A DNA stretch of 64,000 nucleotides from Candidatus Omnitrophota bacterium (GTDB lineage: Bacteria > Omnitrophota > Gorgyraeia > Gorgyraeales > Gorgyraeaceae): NCBI GenBank assembly GCA_003485765.1, contig DNHS01000035.1, forward strand, positions 127,745-191,744, given 5' to 3'. The notes below the pieces were generated by a model. That model worked only from the letters and a program-made list of their open reading frames with translations, was not told the DNA's origin and did not search any database. The position numbers and the translations under genes were made by a program. This document shows positions 29,324-37,290 of this stretch, piece by piece. Within the stretch, counting starts at the first letter, position 1. The number at the start of each line of letters is the position of its first letter.

Positions 29324-31204
29324 ATGTGCGGGATATGCGGGAAGATTAGTATAAATGGTAATGTGACAGAAGAACTCATCAGGAAGATGTGTGGGGTGCT
29401 TACGCATAGGGGGCCGAATGACGAAGGGGTTTATGTAAAAGGAGGTATGGGGCTGGGGCATAGGAGGCTCGCTATTATTGATTTATCGCAGGCTGGGCAT
29501 CAGCCGATGAGTAATGAAGATGGTTCTATCTGGATAGTTCTGAATGGAGAGATTTATAATTTTATTGAGTTAAGAGAGGCGCTTGAAAAAAAAGGCCACA
29601 GGTTTAAATCTCATGCAGATACTGAAGTAGTATTACATTTATATGAGGATAAAGGCGTAGAATGCCTTAAGGATTTAAGAGGGCCTTTCGCGTTCGCGAT
29701 ATGGGATAGCAGGAAAGAACTTCTTTTTATTGCCAGAGATAGGATTGGCAAAAAACCATTATATTACCATTATAGAAATCAGACATTGATCTTTGCTTCC
29801 GAGATTAAGGCTATCCTGCAGGATCCTGATGTATCGAGAGAGGTCAACAGACCTGCAATAACAGATTATCTAAGTTATGGATATACGCCTACGCCAGAAA
29901 CTATGTTTAAGAATATTGTGAAGCTCCCGCCTGCTCATTTTATGGTCTATGAAAAAGGCAATATAAGATTAGAAAAATACTGGGAACTTGATTTTTCAAA
30001 AAAGATAAAAATGTCCGAGAAAGATTATTGCCATAGAACCATGGAACTTCTTGAAGAATGTACTAAGATACGCCTAATAAGCGATGTACCGCTAGGAGCT
30101 TTCTTAAGTGGGGGCATAGATTCGAGCGCTGTAGTGTATATGATGAGCAAACTAAGTTCAAAGCCTGTAAAGACATTTTCCATAGGTTTCGATGATAAAG
30201 AGTATAGCGAATTAAAATACGCTAAAGTTATTGCAGATAGATTTAAAACAGAACATCATGAGTATATTGTTAAGCCAGACGCTATAGAACTTTTACCAAA
30301 ACTCGTATGGCATTACAATGAACCTTACGCTGACTCTTCAGCTCTGCCCAGTTATTATGTGGCGAAGATGACCAGACAAGAAGTGACTGTCGCTTTAAAC
30401 GGAGATGGAGGGGATGAGGATTTTGGAGGATATGAAAGGTTTATGGCAGCAAGATTCGCTGAATCAATCAGTAAATCGCCTGTGCCTTTCAAGGATAAAA
30501 TTATAAAGCTTATTGTAAGTAGTATTCCAGAATCCATGGGATTTAAGGACTCTAGGTTCAGGCTTAGGAGGTTTTTAATCGAGTTATCAAAGCCATGCAG
30601 GGAAAGGCATTACAATTGGATATCGATATTCAGCGAGCATGAAAAGGAAAACATGTTTACAGCAGGATTTGCCGGAGAACTTGCCGGAAAGAGTTCATTT
30701 AATTATTTAGACAGAGCGTTTAATGAATGCGGCTCAAAAGATATTGTAGATTTAGTGATGTCAGCGGATATAAAGACTAATCTATTGGATGACCTGCTTG
30801 TGAAAATGGATATAGCAACAATGGCGAATTCGCTGGAAGGCAGGTCGCCGTTTTTAGATCATAAGATGATGGAGTTCTGTGCCGCTATGCCGAGCAATAT
30901 GAAAATAAAAGGCACAAAATTAAAATATATATTAAAGAAAGCGTTATCCAAGGCATTGCCTAAGGAAATACTTTCCCGAGGCAAGATGGGATTCGGCGTG
31001 CCACTGGACGCCTGGTTTCGTAAAGAATTAAAAGACTATTCTTATGGCATTTTAATGAGCGATAACTGCGTAAATAGAGGTTATTTTAAAAAAGACGTTA
31101 TAAAGAAAATCCTTGATGAACACACCTCCGGCAAAGCCAATAACGGCGCCAGGATCTGGAGCCTATTATTCCTGGAATTATGGCATAAGGAATTTATAGA
31201 TTAA
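29324..31204 (+). CDS. asnB: Asparagine-synthetase-like glutamine amidotransferase (probable glycan amidation)
   Basis: MCGI, HRGPN, HRRLAIID, NGEIYN, SGGIDSS, DGGDE. Confidence 0.92.
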   Translation: MCGICGKISINGNVTEELIRKMCGVLTHRGPNDEGVYVKGGMGLGHRRLAIIDLSQAGHQPMSNEDGSIWIVLNGEIYNFIELREALEKKGHRFKSHADTEVVLHLYEDKGVECLKDLRGPFAFAIWDSRKELLFIARDRIGKKPLYYHYRNQTLIFASEIKAILQDPDVSREVNRPAITDYLSYGYTPTPETMFKNIVKLPPAHFMVYEKGNIRLEKYWELDFSKKIKMSEKDYCHRTMELLEECTKIRLISDVPLGAFLSGGIDSSAVVYMMSKLSSKPVKTFSIGFDDKEYSELKYAKVIADRFKTEHHEYIVKPDAIELLPKLVWHYNEPYADSSALPSYYVAKMTRQEVTVALNGDGGDEDFGGYERFMAARFAESISKSPVPFKDKIIKLIVSSIPESMGFKDSRFRLRRFLIELSKPCRERHYNWISIFSEHEKENMFTAGFAGELAGKSSFNYLDRAFNECGSKDIVDLVMSADIKTNLLDDLLVKMDIATMANSLEGRSPFLDHKMMEFCAAMPSNMKIKGTKLKYILKKALSKALPKEILSRGKMGFGVPLDAWFRKELKDYSYGILMSDNCVNRGYFKKDVIKKILDEHTSGKANNGARIWSLLFLELWHKEFID

Positions 31205-31235
31205 TACCCTTCCCTTTGATAGCCCACTTTCATGG

Positions 31236-31302
31236 CATGTCTAATGGACACATTCTGCCAGCGCCTATTGACTTTTAAGTTAGAAGCGGGTAGATTTATA
31301 TA
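31236..31302 (+). repeat. Repeat family R, copy 2
   Basis: 64/67 identical to 26378-26444. Confidence 0.9.
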
Positions 31303-31328
31303 TAGTAATTAAAAATCTGGAGGGATAA

Positions 31329-31899
31329 ATGACAAAAGAGGCAGCTGTTACTAAAATTGCTATTTTTCGGAAGAAAGAGATCAGGAAAACCATTCATAAG
31401 AATGAATGGTGGTTTGTTATTGAAGACGTTATCTCAGCTTTGATTAATTCCAGTGATCCTAAGCAGTATATACAGAGAATGAAACAAAGGGATCCAGAGT
31501 TGGCCAAAGGGTGGGTACAAATTGTACATACCCTTGAAATTCGCACAGAAGGTGGAAGGCAGAAGATGAACTGTGCAAATACAGAAGGTATTTTTCGCAT
31601 TATCCAGTCTGTTCCTGACCCCGTCCGCGTATAAAAAGTTTAAAGGATTAAAGCGGCAAAATCTGCGGGATCATATGAATGACTTGGAGCTAATCTTCTC
31701 AATGCTTGGAGAGGCATCCACTAAAGAAATCACCATAAATAAAAATGCTCAGGGATTTATTGAGACTAAACAAGCGGCCCAGGAGGGCGGCGCTGTCGCA
31801 GGCAATGCTAGAAAAGAATTGGAAAGAAAGAGCGGTAAAAAAGTATTAACGCGTGAAAATTATCTAAAGGCAGCTCAAAGCAAGAAACTCTTGAATTAA
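31329..31899 (+). pseudogene. Bro-N domain protein with an internal deletion/frameshift near 31615
   Basis: N-terminal half (EWWFVIEDV..FRIIQSVP) joins, in another frame, directly to the C-terminal half (TPSAYKKFKGLKRQNLRDHMNDLELIF..GGAVAGNARKELE); the usual middle segment is missing. Confidence 0.8.
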
Positions 31900-31923
31900 T
31901 GGAGTAATATTATTTTAGGAAAG

Positions 31924-31966
31924 AAAAATTTTTGAAAGAAAACGCTTTTGAGATGTGTCTTATATA
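31924..31966 (+). repeat. Repeat family L, copy 2
   Basis: 43/43 identical to 34098-34140. Confidence 0.9.
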
Positions 31967-32007
31967 GTAGCGAATCAAGGACTCTAATCCGCTGATTTTG
32001 TAAAAAA

Positions 32008-32051
32008 TCCTTACTTTCGTCCTTGACGATTTCCTTACTTTATGGTATATT
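32008..32051 (+). promoter_or_regulatory. sigma70 promoter with direct-repeat operator
   Basis: TTGACG-N17-TATATT; TCCTTACTTT at 32008 and 32032. Confidence 0.65.
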
Positions 32052-32073
32052 TGATAACGGGAGGTGAGAAAAT

Positions 32074-32331
32074 ATGACAGTTACCATGACCGCAAAGAAT
32101 CAAATAACCATACCTAAAAAGATCACAGAAGCCTTGGGTTTAGAAAAGGGGTCTATGTTCAAGGTAGAGGTTTCTAAGAATGGGATAGAGTTTATTCCTC
32201 TGGAGACAAAAGAGAGGGAGTTTACCCATGAGGAATATACAAAATTAGAAACCCTGGCAGTACAAGAAAAGGGAAAAGAGAAGCGCGTGACAAAAAAGCT
32301 TATCGATAATTTAAAAAAAGGGAAAATTTAA
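32074..32331 (+). CDS. AbrB/MazE-family antitoxin
   Basis: MTAKNQITIPKKITEALGLEKG; RBS ggaggtg. Confidence 0.85.
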   Translation: MTVTMTAKNQITIPKKITEALGLEKGSMFKVEVSKNGIEFIPLETKEREFTHEEYTKLETLAVQEKGKEKRVTKKLIDNLKKGKI

Positions 32332-32334
32332 TCA

Positions 32335-32472
32335 ATGCCTTTACGAAGGCCTTATTATGAAGCCGGGATAGAAGGAAGTATTCGTGTTGTGATAAGACAA
32401 GAGGGGCAAATGTGTATTGCAGTATTAGCAGGGAATCACGACCAAATAAGACAATTTCTGGCCACTGGGTAG
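32335..32472 (+). pseudogene. C-terminal half of a RelE-like toxin (N-terminus deleted)
   Basis: MPLRRPYYEAGIEGSIRVVIRQEGQMCIAVLAGNHDQIRQFLATG*; the GNHD end motif fits RelE/YafQ-like toxins; directly follows the antitoxin. Confidence 0.6.
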
Positions 32473-32557
32473 AGAACCTTCCCCTATATAAACCAAACAT
32501 AGAGGCGCGTTATGGAAAGGACGAAGTCGCCAAGGCAAGAGAGCTTAGCTTTATGAT

Positions 32558-32620
32558 AGTCTCCTCCATGCGTTCGGATAATCCTTTAAGGAATATTGGA
32601 TATGTGGTTGGGATTTTAAG
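32558..32620 (+). repeat. Repeat family C, copy 1 (coding remnant VSSMRSDNPLRNIGYVVGILR)
   Basis: 56/63 identical to 34021-34083. Confidence 0.85.
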
Positions 32621-32630
32621 ATATGCCCGA

Positions 32631-32709
32631 TAGACATATTTCGTCAGTACCTATTGACAAAATAAAAATATAGATTATACTCTATATAGAGATAGGTTAT
32701 AATCTATAT
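32631..32709 (+). promoter_or_regulatory. Degenerate R-type junction plus promoter/operator of AbiEii-XRE
   Basis: tagacatatttcgtcagtacctattgac resembles R; TTGACA-N16-TATACT; 12-bp inverted repeat ATATAGATTATA / TATAATCTATAT. Confidence 0.65.
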
Positions 32710-32730
32710 GCAAGCATAGTGGGGATTTCT

Positions 32731-33441
32731 ATGGATTTGAAGCTAAGAGAGGCACAAAAACTTGTTCTGAAGATATTTTCGCAAGAGGCAGAGGATTTCG
32801 CGCTTGCCGGCGGCACAGCACTTGAATTATATTACCTGCGTCACAGATTTTCTTCGGATCTGGATTTTTTTTCAAGAAAATACCCCGTTTCAGAAATAGA
32901 TACTTTGGTAGAGGCCTTTGAAAAACATCTGGATCAGAAAATTCATCTGGAATCAGAATTTGTTTCCGTCAATAAGGCGTGCGTCCGGTTTTATGCTATA
33001 CCGGTCAAGGGTTCGGATAGGCCATTAAAGATTGATTTTGTTGAAGATGTTGTGTGTACTCGCCCGGTAATACGGAAAATTGACGGTGTCCGCGTGTATA
33101 GCGCGGAGGATTTATACCTGCATAAAATAGCCGCTATTTCTGGCACTCAAGTTATAACAGATGAGGTCGGCAGGCAAGTCAGCGAAGGCCGCAAAGAGGC
33201 GCGGGATGTATTTGACGTGTACATGCTTTCAAAAAAAATACAGCCATTGCACATATTCCTGCGCAGTCTTTCGCCCCGGTTCCAAAAGGGGATAGTCCAC
33301 TGGTATCGGACATTTTCCAGGCAGGAACTCAAGCTCGCGCTAATGGAGCTGGATATTTACGATACTGAATTCAATGCCAGGGAATTGGTTATTTATCTGG
33401 AAAACGAGGTCAAGCAATTAGCCAAGGAGGCAATAGGATAA
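32731..33441 (+). CDS. AbiEii/type IV TA nucleotidyltransferase
   Basis: FALAGGTALELYYLRHRFSSDLDF, K.AA, RDVFD. Confidence 0.9.
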   Translation: MDLKLREAQKLVLKIFSQEAEDFALAGGTALELYYLRHRFSSDLDFFSRKYPVSEIDTLVEAFEKHLDQKIHLESEFVSVNKACVRFYAIPVKGSDRPLKIDFVEDVVCTRPVIRKIDGVRVYSAEDLYLHKIAAISGTQVITDEVGRQVSEGRKEARDVFDVYMLSKKIQPLHIFLRSLSPRFQKGIVHWYRTFSRQELKLALMELDIYDTEFNARELVIYLENEVKQLAKEAIG

Positions 33442-33950
33442 TGATTATTTCAAAATATTTTTGGGACATAAGTGAAACTGCCCTGAAAGAAACAGCCAGG
33501 ATACTTAAAAATCCAAAACATCCTCAATTTCCGGTTAAAATGGTAATTTTTATGTCGCGCTGTGATAAGCCAAAGGAGCTATTTTCCTTGATTGCCAAGG
33601 ATGAGTTTATAGACGCATGGCCAAAGATCAGGGCTCAATGGATAAAACGCGCGCGGCAGTCAGATTTCAGGGATTGGTGGGAAACAATCTATGAACATCT
33701 CGTAGATGCGCATGGACGAGCGCGCAGAAAACCCACAAGCGCCACGCCGGTTTTTTTCCGAAAGTTTGGAGCGCTTATTAAAGAAGCGAGGATTCGGAAA
33801 GGGTTGAGCCAGAAACAATTGGCGCATCGCATAGGTATGAAACAGCCGGATGTTTCCAGGATAGAAGAAGGCAGGAAAAATATCACGCTATACACCGTCA
33901 TGCGTTTCTGCAATGTTTTAGGCATTAAGAAAATTACAGTAGGCCAGTAA
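33441..33950 (+). CDS. XRE-family HTH protein, partner of AbiEii
   Basis: KYFWD N-terminus; IKEARIRKGLSQKQLAHRIGMKQPDVSRIEEG. Confidence 0.85.
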   Translation: MIISKYFWDISETALKETARILKNPKHPQFPVKMVIFMSRCDKPKELFSLIAKDEFIDAWPKIRAQWIKRARQSDFRDWWETIYEHLVDAHGRARRKPTSATPVFFRKFGALIKEARIRKGLSQKQLAHRIGMKQPDVSRIEEGRKNITLYTVMRFCNVLGIKKITVGQ

Positions 33951-33997
33951 AACGTCAACTATTTTTTCGACCCTGTAATTATAATTGTCGCATAACA

Positions 33998-34099
33998 AAT
34001 GTAGCCAAAGCAGTCAAAAAAGTCTCCTCCATGCGGCCGGATAATCCTTTAAGAAACATTGGATATTTAGTGGGGATTTTAAGGAAAGAAAAATTTTAA
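33998..34099 (+). pseudogene. 3' remnant of an unknown gene (repeat family C, copy 2)
   Basis: NVAKAVKKVSSMRPDNPLRNIGYLVGILRKEKF*; homologous to 32558-32620. Confidence 0.7.
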
Positions 34100-34140
34100 A
34101 AATTTTTGAAAGAAAACGCTTTTGAGATGTGTCTTATATA
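34098..34140 (+). repeat. Repeat family L, copy 3
   Basis: 43/43 identical to 31924-31966. Confidence 0.9.
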
Positions 34141-34166
34141 TGAAAGAGGGCTTGGGCATGGGGTGA

Positions 34167-34197
34167 TATTGACACATTTGTGTAAATGTGGTATATT
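34167..34197 (+). promoter_or_regulatory. Repeat family P, copy 2: sigma70 promoter/operator of the RHH-MazF pair
   Basis: TTGACA-N17-TATATT with imperfect palindrome TTGACACATTTGTGTAAA. Confidence 0.7.
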
Positions 34198-34217
34198 TTG
34201 TTCAGGAGGTGAGTTAT

Positions 34218-34469
34218 ATGGTAAAAAAGAATATGGGAAGGGAAAGATTGAGCATTGATGTATTGCCGGAAGAACACAGGCAGATTAAGGCATATGCCGC
34301 GCTGTATGGTAAGACAATGAGAGAATATGTATTGGAATGCGTACAGAAAAAACTGCGAGAGGAAACTGAACAAAAGGAATTAGCTAATATGAGCGCATAT
34401 CCTGACAAGGATTCTATATTAAACAGCGTATGGGAAAATAAAAAGGATGCGGCATATGATAAAATGTAA
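34218..34469 (+). CDS. RHH-like antitoxin
   Basis: RBS aggaggtg; RLSIDVLPEEHRQIKAYAA..TMREYV; WENKKDAAYD tail. Confidence 0.7.
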   Translation: MVKKNMGRERLSIDVLPEEHRQIKAYAALYGKTMREYVLECVQKKLREETEQKELANMSAYPDKDSILNSVWENKKDAAYDKM

Positions 34470-34806
34470 ATACGGAGACATTGTATTAGTAAACTTTGGT
34501 TTTTCTGAAGGGATTGGGTTTGAGAAAAGGCCTGCGTTGGTTATAAGCAGTGAGGCATATCATGCGGAAAGGCAGGAGGTAGTTATCCTGGCTATTACCA
34601 GCAATGTAAATAGAATATTCTTGGGCGACACAAAGATTTCTCAATGGAAAGAAGCTGGATTGCTTTATCCTTCACTTGTTACAGCGATTATAAGGACAGT
34701 AAAATCAGATATGATTTTTAGGAAAATAGGGGAGATCGGGCCGGATGATTTAAAGAGGGTAGAGAGCAGTATAAAGAAAATTTTTGGAATAACTGGAGAA
34801 AAGTAA
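34456..34806 (+). CDS. mazF: PemK/MazF-family toxin
   Basis: GDIVLVNF.FS..KRPALVIS..AITS..GL..PS. Confidence 0.85.
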   Translation: MIKCKYGDIVLVNFGFSEGIGFEKRPALVISSEAYHAERQEVVILAITSNVNRIFLGDTKISQWKEAGLLYPSLVTAIIRTVKSDMIFRKIGEIGPDDLKRVESSIKKIFGITGEK

Positions 34807-34820
34807 AGCTAGGAGGCAAA

Positions 34821-35558
34821 ATGGCGATGAGAAGTTATGGCTGGGTGCCGGATAGGCCGGATCAGAGGGATTATTTATATAAGGCGATAAGGCCTGTGGT
34901 GAGATTGCCTGAGAAAGTGGATTTGAGGGAATTTTGTTCTATTGTTGAGAATCAGGAGGCGCTTGGGAGCTGTACGGCGAATGCGCTAGCAGGAAATTTG
35001 GAATATTTGGACCATAAAATAGATGATGAATATGAGGATGTGTCGAGACTTTTTATTTATTACAATGAAAGAGTTTTGGAAGATACAGTTGATTATGATT
35101 CAGGAGCATCTCTAAGAGATGGCATTAAGACATTGAGGAAACAAGGCGCGTGCTGGGAAAAGACGTGGCCGTATTTAATAGAGAAATTTACCCGAAAGCC
35201 GCCTCTAAAATGCTACAAAGAAGCTAAAAAACACCAAATTGAATCCTACCACCGCATAGGCGCCCTATCTGAAATGCTTACCTGCCTCGCTGAAGGATAT
35301 CCGTTCGTCTTTGGTTTTACTGTTTATGAAAGTTTCCAGTCGCAGAAAGTGGCCAAAACAGGTGTGGCTAATATGCCCAGGAAGAAGGAAAAAGTCCTTG
35401 GCGGACATGCTGTCCTGGCAGTAGGCTATAACCAGAAGCAAAAGAGATTTATAGTGCGAAATTCCTGGGGAACTAAATGGGGCAAAGACGGATATTTCAC
35501 CATGCCGTACGAATACCTCGAAACCCTTTCAGCAGACTTCTGGACAATAAGAAAATAA
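34821..35558 (+). CDS. Papain-family (C1A) cysteine peptidase, xylellain-like, no signal peptide
   Basis: YGWVPD, NQEALGSC, SRLFIYYNER, GGHAV, RNSWG. Confidence 0.92.
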   Translation: MAMRSYGWVPDRPDQRDYLYKAIRPVVRLPEKVDLREFCSIVENQEALGSCTANALAGNLEYLDHKIDDEYEDVSRLFIYYNERVLEDTVDYDSGASLRDGIKTLRKQGACWEKTWPYLIEKFTRKPPLKCYKEAKKHQIESYHRIGALSEMLTCLAEGYPFVFGFTVYESFQSQKVAKTGVANMPRKKEKVLGGHAVLAVGYNQKQKRFIVRNSWGTKWGKDGYFTMPYEYLETLSADFWTIRK

Positions 35559-35575
35559 ATAGTTATAATAAAGCC

Positions 35576-36745
35576 ATGAAAATATTAAGAATTATAGCAA
35601 GACTTAATATAGGCGGGCCGGCGAGAAATGCGGTCTTGTTAACAGAAGGATTCCCGGGAACTGCGCTTATTTGTGGGGAGGTGGATAAGTCTGAGGGCGA
35701 TATGATGTATTTGGCAGGCGAGAAAGGGATAAAGCCTATTATTATAAAAGAGTTAGGAAGAGAATTATCCTGGAAAGATGATTGGGCGGCGTTTTGGAAG
35801 ATATATAAGATTATTCGCGAGGTAAAGCCGGATATCATTCATACGCATACGGCGAAGGCAGGGACGCTAGGGAGGTTTGCAGGGATATTATATGGTAAAG
35901 CTATTTTAATCCATACCTTTCACGGCCATGTGTTTAGCGGGTATTTTGGGAAGGTTAAGACAATATTTTTTATATGGGTGGAGAAATTTTTAGCGTTGTT
36001 TACTGACACGATAATTACAGTAAGCGAGGCGTTGAAAAAAGAATTGGTAGAAAAATATAGAATAGCGCCAGAGAAAAAATTCAGCGTAATAGAATTAGGT
36101 TTTGAACTGGATGAGCTTTTGAAATTGCCGCCAAGAGAAAACAGCGGAACTGTAAATGTTGGAATTGTGGGAAGGTTAGTGCCTGTAAAAAATCATAAGA
36201 TGATGCTTAGAGTGGCTAAAAGAGTAGGCGATATACAGGGACAGTCCCCTAAAAAGGGGACAGTCCCTGTAGAAATAGTCCCTGTGCGCTATATGATTAT
36301 TGGCGATGGGGAGATGAGGGGAGAACTGGAAAGATACGTGGAAGAATTGGGCATAAAAGATAAAGTAGAGTTCAAGGGATGGGTAAAGGACTTAAAGGCT
36401 ATTTATGAAGAACTTGACATTGTGGCATTGACTTCATTGAATGAAGGAACGCCCGTATCTCTCATAGAAGCAATGGCTGGCGGGAGACCTGTGATAGCTA
36501 CAAATGTAGGCGGCGTAAAGGATATTGTGAAAGATGGCGCGAGCGGATATCTTGTAGAATTAGGAAATGTAGAAGAATTTATTAAAAAACTCCTGGAATT
36601 AATTAAAGATCCTGAGAAAAGAAGAAAATTTGGCGAAAACGGCAGGAATATCGTGAAAGATCGATTCTCAAAAGAAAGATTGATTAAAGATACCGAGAAG
36701 TTGTATAATAATACCCTGCAAGAAAATCAATTTCTTCGGTCTTAA
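35576..36745 (+). CDS. GT4 glycosyltransferase with an in-frame palindromic insertion
   Basis: IARLNIGGPA, HTHTAKAG, TSLNEGTPVSLIEAM; extra QGQSPKKGTVP segment. Confidence 0.9.
   Translation: MKILRIIARLNIGGPARNAVLLTEGFPGTALICGEVDKSEGDMMYLAGEKGIKPIIIKELGRELSWKDDWAAFWKIYKIIREVKPDIIHTHTAKAGTLGRFAGILYGKAILIHTFHGHVFSGYFGKVKTIFFIWVEKFLALFTDTIITVSEALKKELVEKYRIAPEKKFSVIELGFELDELLKLPPRENSGTVNVGIVGRLVPVKNHKMMLRVAKRVGDIQGQSPKKGTVPVEIVPVRYMIIGDGEMRGELERYVEELGIKDKVEFKGWVKDLKAIYEELDIVALTSLNEGTPVSLIEAMAGGRPVIATNVGGVKDIVKDGASGYLVELGNVEEFIKKLLELIKDPEKRRKFGENGRNIVKDRFSKERLIKDTEKLYNNTLQENQFLRS
36234..36271. repeat. 38-bp palindrome built from two GGGACAGTCCC units, in frame in a GT4 gene
   Basis: tacagggacagtcccct-aaaa-aggggacagtccctgta. 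Confidence 0.8.
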
Positions 36746-36767
36746 GACTGGAGTTTGTTTGAAATTG

Positions 36768-36810
36768 ATACTGAGCCCACTATTGTTTCAGTGGCGGGCG
36801 AATGTATAAA
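36768..36810. repeat. Intergenic hairpin element, inverted copy of 15715-15758
   Basis: atactgagcccactattgtttcagtggcgggcgaatgtataaa. Confidence 0.8.
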
Positions 36811-36815
36811 GATAA

Positions 36816-36849
36816 TTGAAAGAATTTAGCCTCCAGATGTGTCTAGTAT
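36816..36849 (+). repeat. Repeat family L, degenerate copy 4
   Basis: ttgaaagaa-tttagcctcc-agatgtgtctagtat, just upstream of RBS aaggagg. Confidence 0.6.
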
Positions 36850-36867
36850 GGTAGAAAGGAGGCTGAT

Positions 36868-37278
36868 ATGACTATGAACAAGAAAGAAAAAGGAGAAATA
36901 GCGGGATTAAGAGGGGAACTGCGAAGCTCTGTGGGAGAATTAAGAGGAGAATTGCAGAGTTCTGTGGGAGAATTAAGAGGGGAACTGCGAAGCTCTGTGG
37001 GAGAATTAAGAGGAGAGTTGCGAAGCTCTGTGGAAGAACTAAGAATACACATGGGTGTCTTGGTAGAGGGTTTGCGTTCAGAAGTTAGGGTGGTAGCTGA
37101 ACAATATGGAAGCGTTGTAAAAAAGCTGGAAGAACATGACAGGAGATTTGATAAAATTGATCTAAGATTTGACAGAATCGACTTAGAGTTTATCGGTATG
37201 AAGACAGGTTTGTTTGATACTAGTCATAGAGTAGATGATCACGAAACAAGAATCAGAAAATTAGAATTAGCTAAATAA
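36868..37278 (+). CDS. Small coiled-coil protein with 11-residue repeats (DUF1640/CCDC90-like)
   Basis: (GELRGELRSSV)x4 followed by RFDKIDLRFDRID and HETRIRKLE; strong RBS. Confidence 0.7.
   Translation: MTMNKKEKGEIAGLRGELRSSVGELRGELQSSVGELRGELRSSVGELRGELRSSVEELRIHMGVLVEGLRSEVRVVAEQYGSVVKKLEEHDRRFDKIDLRFDRIDLEFIGMKTGLFDTSHRVDDHETRIRKLELAK
36906..37044 (+). repeat. 33-bp coding tandem repeat, about 4.2 copies
   Basis: Unit attaagaggggaactgcgaagctctgtgggaga. Confidence 0.9.
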
Positions 37279-37290
37279 TCAGGAGACAAG

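Noticed and set aside
31573-31634. Programmed frameshift in Bro-N
   Set aside because: No slippery sequence at the junction and a conserved middle segment is missing; deletion explains it better
32412-32633. 73-aa ORF as a real gene
   Set aside because: Chimera of an off-frame toxin remnant and the family C remnant; no RBS
25050-35560. Classical integron or prophage
   Set aside because: No integrase, no recognisable attC (RYYYAAC..GTTRRRY) sites, and no structural phage genes seen
36906-37044. 33-bp repeats as a CRISPR array
   Set aside because: Head-to-tail with no unique spacers, in frame in an ORF, and no cas genes in the window
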